A stretch of DNA of 22,823 nucleotides from an uncultured Methanosarcinales archaeon (lineage in GTDB: Archaea; Nanobdellota; Nanobdellia; Woesearchaeales; GW2011-AR9), in NCBI GenBank assembly GCA_964344235.1, contig CAYFMJ010000012.1:1-22823 (forward strand), written 5' to 3'. Positions 16,142-22,823 of the stretch are shown here, in pieces; positions within the stretch are counted from its first letter, which is position 1; each line of letters starts with the position of its first letter. The position numbers and the translations under genes are program-made. The notes beneath the pieces were generated by a model. It searched no databases. It saw only the letters and a program-made list of their open reading frames with translations, and was not told the DNA's origin.

Positions 16142-17266
16142 GTGGAAGAAACAATCATTATCGGTGGTGGGATTGCGGGGTTAGCATGCGCGAAGAGGTT
16201 AAGTGAGGAGGGAGCTTCATTTAAGTTAATATCTCCAGAAATTGGCGGGAGAATTGCTACTTCTAAAAATGGTCAGATAAATTATGCAGCGTATGTTGTA
16301 CCGAGATATTACAGGAATTTTAAGAAATATGTTACGTTAACAAGACCAATTTGAATTGTGCGAGATTGCAAATTTCATAGCAAAAAAGAAAGTTATAATG
16401 TCAGCTTTTCGGACTTGTTTTTGAATATTTCTCAGTCTCTTAGAGTTTTAAAGATTTTTTTGAAATTTAAGTGGGAGTATCGGTTATTTAGGAAAGATTG
16501 TGAGGTTATGTCTCAGAAGGAGGCGATATCAAAAAGAAAAACGATGAATGCATTATTAGAGAAAGAAGCGGAGGATTTTCTCAAAGAGAATAAATTACAT
16601 TTTATTCATAAAAAATATTTTTCACAGTATGGGAATAGTATCGGTTTTAAGAATCCACATAGATCAAAATTGTTAGGAGGATTTATTGGAGGGAATTTAT
16701 TACTCTCTTCACCAAAAGAGTTTATTTTTCAAAAAGAGAGGTTAGTTGCTGGGTTTAAAGATACAATCGTTAAAGATACGATAACAAAAATTAGTAAAAC
16801 GAAAAAGGGGTTTACGTTAGTGGGGAGAAATAAGAAATATTCTTGTAAGAATTTAATTGTGGCAACTCCAATTTGGGTATCTAATAAATTGTTGAGTTTA
16901 GGTTTGAAATTAAATATCATTAATGTTGATATGGTTCATGTAAAAGGAGAGGTAAAGAAAGGGTTTGAAAAGCGGTTTAATTTATTCGATCCGCAAGAAG
17001 TCGTTTCCGTTATTGCTAGACAGAGTAATGGTAGCTATCTGGTGTTTTACGAGGGTAAGCTAGATTTGGAGAAGTATTTTAGTAGGTATAAAGTAATAAC
17101 AAAAAAAACATTTAGGCCTGCTTTCACATCAGTGAGAGAATTTTTAGAGGCGAGATTAGCAGAGAACTTATTTCTGATTGGAGACTATAACATTAGCAGT
17201 GTTGAAGATTCTTATATCACCGGAATATATGCAGCAAATCAAATAATAAAAAAAGAAAAAAATTAA
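16142..17266 (+). pseudogene. FAD-dependent oxidoreductase interrupted by an in-frame TGA
   Basis: IIIGGGIAGL and GGRIAT in the first 70 aa, TGA at 16352..16354, then the same frame continues to a C-terminal LFLIGD...VEDSYITGIYAA. Confidence 0.78.
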
Positions 17267-18558
17267 TCTAAATTTCTTGCACGCCATCCACCGCTTTTCG
17301 ATTGGTGGTTCTGACGGTGGTTATTGAACCGTCGGCGTGAGTTTTGATTATTACCTCGCCACTGGCCACCGGAACGTTGCGGGCGAGAATTACCAAATCG
17401 ACTTCTACCGCCAAAGTGAGAGTTTCTTCGCTGTTGCGTTTCAAACCGTAACTTGGGGAAATCTTCTCGTGGTAATTCTTCCACGTCTAAATCGTATCGT
17501 CGAAAGATTGCATGGAATGCTTCGTGATCTTGCGGAGCTAGCAGAGTCACTGCAACACCGGATTGACCAGCACGAGCAGTTCGCCCTACTCGGTGTACGT
17601 ATTCTTGTGGATCGTTAGCAAGATCATAATTAAACACATGGGTTACTCCCTGAATGTCTAATCCTCGCGCTGCAACTGCGGATGCAACGAGGTAATCTGT
17701 TTTACCAGCATTGAATCTGTCAATGACTTGTAATCGTTTATTCTGCCGCATTTTTCCGTGAATCATTTCTGCTTTGACACCATGGGTACGTAAGTTTTTG
17801 TTCACTAACTCAACCGTTGATCGTTTAGAACAGAAAATGATTGCTCTGCCAACATCATCTTTCTTCAAAAGATGTGCGAGTAATGAGAACTTTTCATGTG
17901 ACTTAATGTTGTAGAAATATTGTTCCAATAAATCTTTCTTTACATGTAATTCTGCTTCTGCCACTGCAACGTTGTGCATGTGGGTGTTTTTGATGTGATC
18001 AATTTCATTCGAGATCGTTGCACCGAACAATAGAATCTGTCGGTTCTTTGGAGTTGCAGAAAGGATTCTTTCAATATCTTCAATGAAACCCATCTCTACC
18101 ATTTTATCTGCTTCGTCAAGGATGAAACAGGTTAATGTGCTTAAGTTTAGAGTTCCTCTGGATAAATGGTCAAGAACTCTTCCTGGTGTTCCCACAACAA
18201 TTTCTGATCGTGCAATTTTATCAGCTTGTGGGTCGATTGCAACACCACCGAAGACGGTAGCAATGGAAATGTTGAGGTATTTGCTCCATTTTTGGAATTC
18301 TTTAGAGATTTGATTTGCTAATTCTCTGGTAGGAGCAAGGACTAAACCCTGCACACCTTTCTGTGGTACGATTTTTTCAATTAACGGAATACCAAATGAT
18401 GCAGTTTTCCCGGAACCGGTTCGGGAGATTCCAATTAAATCATGTCCATTATGGATTAATGGAATTGCCTGTTCCTGGATGTTTGTCGGTTTGGTAATAC
18501 CTTCTTCTGTTAGTGCTTTAACAACTTCTTGTTTTACTTTTAGTTCTGTAAATGACAT
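17263..18558 (-). CDS. DEAD-box RNA helicase
   Basis: Q motif, TGSGKT, PTRELA, TPGR, DEAD, ARGLD, HRVGRTAR, and an R/G/N-rich tail. Motif III is GAT rather than SAT. Confidence 0.96.
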   Translation of the reverse strand: MSFTELKVKQEVVKALTEEGITKPTNIQEQAIPLIHNGHDLIGISRTGSGKTASFGIPLIEKIVPQKGVQGLVLAPTRELANQISKEFQKWSKYLNISIATVFGGVAIDPQADKIARSEIVVGTPGRVLDHLSRGTLNLSTLTCFILDEADKMVEMGFIEDIERILSATPKNRQILLFGATISNEIDHIKNTHMHNVAVAEAELHVKKDLLEQYFYNIKSHEKFSLLAHLLKKDDVGRAIIFCSKRSTVELVNKNLRTHGVKAEMIHGKMRQNKRLQVIDRFNAGKTDYLVASAVAARGLDIQGVTHVFNYDLANDPQEYVHRVGRTARAGQSGVAVTLLAPQDHEAFHAIFRRYDLDVEELPREDFPKLRFETQQRRNSHFGGRSRFGNSRPQRSGGQWRGNNQNSRRRFNNHRQNHQSKSGGWRARNLD

Positions 18559-18680
18559 TATATTGTCCTCTTGTTATTTTTGTAATTGATACCTTGTAAG
18601 GTTCGTTAAGTGAAACAGAATAAGCGTGATTGCTTTCTGCTTCGGCCAACTTTCACATGATACTCGTGTTTTCAATCACT
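18559..18680 (-). promoter_or_regulatory. Probable structured 5' leader of the helicase gene
   Basis: About 120 nt between a TATA-like TTTATAAA (18703..18710) and the ATG, with nested complementary segments at 18610..18656. Confidence 0.45.
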
Positions 18681-18784
18681 AATGTGTTATTATGGTTGTC
18701 TGTTTATAAATCTATTGGAGAATTTGCAGAATGTTGTCACTAAGAGATGGAAATTTTATAAAAGAAAAGAGTTTAGACGGAAAA

Positions 18785-19384
18785 ATGAAAGAAGCATTAG
18801 TTGGTTTAGGAGCACTGTGCGCGGGAGTTGCAGGTTGTGCTACTATGGCGGTTGACTATACTCATTTACTCAAGAGAGGTGCTGATTCGGCAGTTGTACA
18901 AATCGTGGATAGCGTGTTGTCATGTAACCCTTCACATAGTGACCCAATCTGGCAGCAGTACGGCGGCTTACCAGAGGGGAGAGTCTTTGGTTATGATTTT
19001 GGTGATATCACTTGGGGGGAGTTCTCTGATGAAAGGGGAGATATTCGAGCTGTGTTTGTAGATAGCTTGCATGGACCACAAGAAGAAATTGACCCTCGCG
19101 ATTCACTGATCATTATTGCTGATGTAAAGTATGGCACACGTATGGACCCTCAATCGAAGCAGATAGTTTTCATTGATGAGGGGCTTGATGGTAGGGACGT
19201 GGTAGAGAAAACTGTAAGGACCAAAGCCCGCTATGGTCAGCACACTCCAACTGGTAAAATATACACTTCTCGACACCCACGAGTTGACGAGGACTTCAGA
19301 AGAATAGCTGCCCAGGTTGCATACCGATTAAACATTGCGAAAACAAAATGTCTCAGGCGACCTCAACGAGGATTTAGAAGGTAA
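18785..19384 (+). CDS. Hypothetical exported or lipoprotein-like protein
   Basis: MKEALVGLGALCAGVAGC signal-like start at ATG 18785. Confidence 0.65.
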   Translation: MKEALVGLGALCAGVAGCATMAVDYTHLLKRGADSAVVQIVDSVLSCNPSHSDPIWQQYGGLPEGRVFGYDFGDITWGEFSDERGDIRAVFVDSLHGPQEEIDPRDSLIIIADVKYGTRMDPQSKQIVFIDEGLDGRDVVEKTVRTKARYGQHTPTGKIYTSRHPRVDEDFRRIAAQVAYRLNIAKTKCLRRPQRGFRR

Positions 19385-19422
19385 ACCATAATTCTTAAAA
19401 AGTTTTGAAAGTTAGGAATAGT

Positions 19423-19545
19423 ATGACGAAAGAGGGTCCTAAAAAAAAGAAAAAGAAGAAAAATCCGTTTGATGAGTTAATTGATGATTTAGAAGGATAT
19501 GATGATGGTTGTGAAAGTCACGATTTAATGAGTTCCGGGGAGTAA
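19423..19545 (+). CDS. Small protein, 40 aa, basic N-terminus and acidic C-terminus
   Basis: Hand translation MTKEGPKKKKKKKNPFDELIDDLEGYDDGCESHDLMSSGE. Confidence 0.5.
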   Translation: MTKEGPKKKKKKKNPFDELIDDLEGYDDGCESHDLMSSGE

Positions 19546-19546
19546 G

Positions 19547-19681
19547 ATGAAAGAAGAAATTGAAGTGGTCTCTGTAAAGGGCGAGAAAACAACCTGTTGT
19601 CAGAGTTATTTGACTTCTAAAGGAAGATGTTTTGATTGTGTCGAGGAAAGAGATGTTGATCCTGATGCGGAAGTTCTGTAA
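19547..19681 (+). CDS. Small Cys-rich protein, 44 aa, possible metal binder
   Basis: Hand translation MKEEIEVVSVKGEKTTCCQSYLTSKGRCFDCVEERDVDPDAEVL. Starts 1 nt after the previous stop. Confidence 0.6.
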   Translation: MKEEIEVVSVKGEKTTCCQSYLTSKGRCFDCVEERDVDPDAEVL

Positions 19682-19719
19682 GAGAAATCTTTAAATACAA
19701 AGTTGAGTGGTGTTTTAAT

Positions 19720-20487
19720 ATGAAGTTAGTTAGTTGGAATGTTAATGGAATTCGTGCAGTGATGAAGAAGGGTTTTCTTGATTTTGTGAAGAAAGAGAAT
19801 CCTGATGTTCTTGGTATACAGGAAACAAAAGCGCACCCTGACCAAGTAGATGAGATGTTGAAAGAGTATGAGTATCATTATTGGAATTCTGCGCAGAAGA
19901 AAGGGTATGCGGGAACGGCTGTATTTAGTAAAGTGAAACCGTTATCAGTGGGGTATGGAACTGGTTTTAAGGAAACGGATGAAGAAGACACGGAAGGAAG
20001 AGTATTAACGCTGGAGTTTGAGAATTTTTATTTTGTCACTGTATACACACCGAATTCTGGTAGAGGGTTAGTGCGGTTAGATTTCAGGCAAGAGTGGGAC
20101 AAAGCGTTTTTGAAGTTTTTACAGGAGTTAGAAGAGAAGAAACCAGTTGTATTATGTGGAGATTTAAATGTTGCACATACGGAAATAGATTTGAAAAATC
20201 CTAAACCAAATTATAACAAAACAGCTGGATATACGCAAGTGGAGATTGATGGTATTCAGAAATATTTTGATCATGGGTTTGTTGATACGTTTCGAATGTT
20301 TGAGAAAGAGGGGGGACATTACACGTATTGGAGTTATATGTTTTCAGCAAGACAGAAAAATATTGGCTGGCGCATAGATTATTTTTTAGTTTCTAAAAGT
20401 GTAAAGGATAAAGTCAAAAAGTCGTGGATTCTGAAAGATGTTATGGGCAGTGACCATTGCCCTGTTGGAGTTGATTTCGAGCCATGA
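19720..20487 (+). CDS. xth: Exodeoxyribonuclease III / AP endonuclease
   Basis: SWNVNGIRA, IQETK, GDLNVAH, GWRIDYF, SDHCPV. Confidence 0.96.
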   Translation: MKLVSWNVNGIRAVMKKGFLDFVKKENPDVLGIQETKAHPDQVDEMLKEYEYHYWNSAQKKGYAGTAVFSKVKPLSVGYGTGFKETDEEDTEGRVLTLEFENFYFVTVYTPNSGRGLVRLDFRQEWDKAFLKFLQELEEKKPVVLCGDLNVAHTEIDLKNPKPNYNKTAGYTQVEIDGIQKYFDHGFVDTFRMFEKEGGHYTYWSYMFSARQKNIGWRIDYFLVSKSVKDKVKKSWILKDVMGSDHCPVGVDFEP

Positions 20488-20926
20488 AGCGGATTGTAGC
20501 TGCAGGTTTAGAACTATGTTAGTGGGGTGTGCAAGTGCACCGAGTACTGAAGATGAGAGGTACGGAGACATATTGCACGGTGATATCTTTGATGGTGCTG
20601 TTCCCATTGCCCCAGATTACTTGATGCATCACTGTACGTATAGAACAACTTCTCCCCATTTAGCTTGTGTCTCTGAAGCAGTTGTTACCATTGAAGCAAT
20701 GCGGCGAAGAGGGGAGTTGACCCCAGATAGAACAGATCCTCATTTACTGCAGGGATATGTATGGATAATGGAAGGATATCCGCAGTTTAGGGAAGAAGTG
20801 AAGCAACAAGTACAGCGCCAGTATTGTCCGCATGCACAAAAGTTTCTCAGAGAAACACCGCTGCCGAAACCAAAAACAGAACCATTGCGAAGATTGTTAC
20901 ACAATAGGTGTGCAAGAAGGATTTAA
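20484..20926 (+). pseudogene. Probable lipoprotein with a frameshift in its signal peptide
   Basis: ATG 20484 (ATGA overlap with xth) reads MKRIVAAGLELC-stop. The adjacent frame reads TMLVGCASAP... Adding one base near 20510 joins them into a lipobox signal. Confidence 0.55.
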
Positions 20927-21516
20927 TGGATTTTTAGTGTGTTAATTAATTCCTCAACTCGCTTCTCATCTATCTTTATGAGTGTGTCAAGATATTGTTT
21001 TGCTAATTGAATACTTTTTTCGCAGTCAGAAGAACAAGGGAAGTGTGAAATAATAACGTAGTCTTGATCTCGTTTTGTGATATTGGTAAATGCATTTGTT
21101 GGAGCGAGTTGTGGATTTGGGTTATGGGCAGAGAAGTGTTGTTGAAAGAAGTCGGTGCAACAGTCTGGATAGCCTAGCAGTTCGCCAAGTGCTTTGTGAT
21201 TATTCATTAATTCGTAATATGCTGCCAGTAATGTTTTTTCTTGGTCTTTAGAAATGTAGACAAGATACATCCCTGGACGTTTGTCTGTTTCAGGAATTCT
21301 AATTCCTTTGTTGGAAAAATTAGTGTCATCTGCTAAGAGAACTTTGAATTTGGAAATTTCTATGTGGAGGTTGTTTTCTTGGCAGTATCTTTGTACTGTG
21401 GGAAGTTCAGAGTCGTAAAAACCCTGGCGGACAACGTCTTTTGTGTTGTGTTGGAGTAACAGAATTTCTTGTGCTTTTGTTTTCGAGCCGAAGATACGTG
21501 AGAGTTGTGTGATCAT
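20923..21516 (-). CDS. Cys-motif hypothetical protein (DUF483-like)
   Basis: LGELLGYPDCCTDFF and SHFPCSSDC motifs. Confidence 0.65.
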   Translation of the reverse strand: MITQLSRIFGSKTKAQEILLLQHNTKDVVRQGFYDSELPTVQRYCQENNLHIEISKFKVLLADDTNFSNKGIRIPETDKRPGMYLVYISKDQEKTLLAAYYELMNNHKALGELLGYPDCCTDFFQQHFSAHNPNPQLAPTNAFTNITKRDQDYVIISHFPCSSDCEKSIQLAKQYLDTLIKIDEKRVEELINTLKIH

Positions 21517-21539
21517 GCGTTGATGATGTTTTTTGATGT

Positions 21540-22328
21540 TTATATTGTTTCTGTAACTGTAAGGGTGTTTTGGATAATTTGTTTATAGATTTGCCATGCA
21601 TCTTTGCCTTTTCTGATGAGTTTATCCACAAAAAAGAATGCTTTGTCATGTAATCCATTAGGTGCAGGGTTTTCTGTTATGATGGAAGATTGTAAATTAG
21701 CGATGTTATGTTCTTTAATTGTTTGCATCCACGCTAGAGAGAATGCATATGCTTTAGCCTCCTCGTTTTGAGGGTTGGGTAGAGTGGGTGTGAGGACATG
21801 ACCAAGTTCGTGTCCAATCGTTAACATCACTCGTGCAAGAAAATCGTTTTTGATGAAAATCTCTGACAGTAAGCCCTGTTGTCTTCTGTTAATGGAAAGA
21901 CCAATGATACCTAGATGTGGAGCGAGTGTGCGGAATTGTTGTTCATCTAACACGGATACTTTAATATCATCTGGGAAGGGTTGATTGAAGATTTGTTGGA
22001 ATGTTTGTTCAATGAAGTGTTTTATTTCCTCGGCCTTACCTACGAACTTGCCAAGTTTTGTTGGTTTCAGAAATGAATCTGGTTGAAAAGAATACTCTGG
22101 TTGCGGTGTGAAAGAGATGTATTGGCTTTGTTGCGTGCAATATGGTTGGGGAGTTATTGTTTCATATAAGTGGGTTGGAGATTGTGTTAATGTGAAATCC
22201 GTTAAGGTGTAATCGTTCGTTAGAGTAGGAGCTGTAATAGAACATTGTGGACGGTATGATTGGGCTATGATCTCCAATGGATTATATTCTGTATGAAAGA
22301 ATGCTGTGTAGTGAGACGATTGGTACAT
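21540..22328 (-). CDS. Putative zinc metalloprotein with HEXXH motif
   Basis: TIGHELGHVL with downstream EEAKAYAF. T/Q/P-rich N-terminal third. Confidence 0.7.
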   Translation of the reverse strand: MYQSSHYTAFFHTEYNPLEIIAQSYRPQCSITAPTLTNDYTLTDFTLTQSPTHLYETITPQPYCTQQSQYISFTPQPEYSFQPDSFLKPTKLGKFVGKAEEIKHFIEQTFQQIFNQPFPDDIKVSVLDEQQFRTLAPHLGIIGLSINRRQQGLLSEIFIKNDFLARVMLTIGHELGHVLTPTLPNPQNEEAKAYAFSLAWMQTIKEHNIANLQSSIITENPAPNGLHDKAFFFVDKLIRKGKDAWQIYKQIIQNTLTVTETI

Positions 22329-22393
22329 GGTGATAGAATATAGATGTTTGAGGATTTAATTATTGTGTTAAAAGTGGGACGTAAAAGTCAAAG

Positions 22394-22509
22394 CGGACCC
22401 GGGAGGACTTTCGCAGATGTTTCGAACCCCCGACCCCTTCCTTTCTACGCGATGATAGGAGGGAAGTGTTCTTTCTGGCATTACTGTATCCAGACTAAAC
22501 TACGGGTCC
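22394..22509 (-). tRNA. tRNA-Arg(CCT) with three introns (20a/21, 37/38, 59/60)
   Basis: GGACCCG/CGGGTCC-G. Introns 22473..22487, 22443..22455 and 22408..22420. The spliced product has A20, CTTCC-CT-CCT-AA-GGAAG and GGGGG-TTCGAAT-CCTCC. Confidence 0.92.
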
Positions 22510-22585
22510 GCACAGCAGTGAGATAGTGTTCTTTTTTTAATATTGTGGGAATTTTTAAAAACAGGTTTATGCTTCCTTTGGTATA

Positions 22586-22762
22586 ATGAGTTTTCGTGAA
22601 CTGTTGTATCTACTCGCACCTCCTTACTCTCAGAGAGAAGCGGAAGTGGAAGAAACTACTAGAGGCACAGAGGGATTGGTATTGCGACAGAGTTTCTTTC
22701 CCTATGATCCGCTTGATGCCCATCGCCATAGGCTGCTTGATACAAGACAGTATGAAGAGTAG
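22586..22762 (+). CDS. Small hypothetical protein, 58 aa
   Basis: ATG ORF about 25-30 nt after a TTTTAAAA element. No motif. Confidence 0.4.
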   Translation: MSFRELLYLLAPPYSQREAEVEETTRGTEGLVLRQSFFPYDPLDAHRHRLLDTRQYEE

Positions 22763-22770
22763 ATTTTCTA

Positions 22771-22821
22771 TCTAATATCCCGAAACTGCTACACAACACG
22801 AAACTACTACACATTTCTTAG
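22771..22821. repeat. Right copy of 51-bp terminal inverted repeat
   Basis: Exact reverse complement of 1..51, followed by only 2 further nt (ct). Confidence 0.97.
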
Positions 22822-22823
22822 CT

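Noticed and set aside
15869-16154. ORF-track calls over tRNAs (15869..16138, 15897..16154, 15934..16119; also 11521..11709 and 22344..22526)
   Set aside because: They overlap well-formed tRNA genes and have no protein motifs.
16352-16354. Genome-wide TGA reassignment (code 4 or 25)
   Set aside because: TGA ends lig and xth at their natural C-termini, with ATGA overlaps to the next gene.
1-22823. Window as a complete virus, Borg-like element or transposon because of the terminal repeats
   Set aside because: Content is core cellular. No capsid, replication or transposase genes are present, there is no target-site duplication to inspect, and sampled skew does not switch.

Overview
AT-rich chromosomal fragment of an archaeon, most likely DPANN/Woesearchaeales. 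This is inferred from gatE, the short archaeal TIM, class III signal peptides, BHB-intron tRNAs and a short histone. It carries housekeeping genes (lig, gatE, tpiA, xth, DEAD-box helicase, signal and prepilin peptidases) mixed with orphans. Highlights: (1) a translationally coupled gene pair matching the two halves of the eukaryotic uS12 prolyl hydroxylase OGFOD1/Tpa1, directly followed by an unannotated eL41/eS32 gene; (2) four tRNA genes with eight introns, five at non-canonical positions, one gene having a serine-type body but an Ile (GAT) anticodon; (3) a perfect 51-bp inverted repeat at both window ends; (4) small genes missed by the ORF track (eL41, histone, two peptides) and three genes each broken by a single lesion. 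Protein family calls come from recalled motifs, not database searches.
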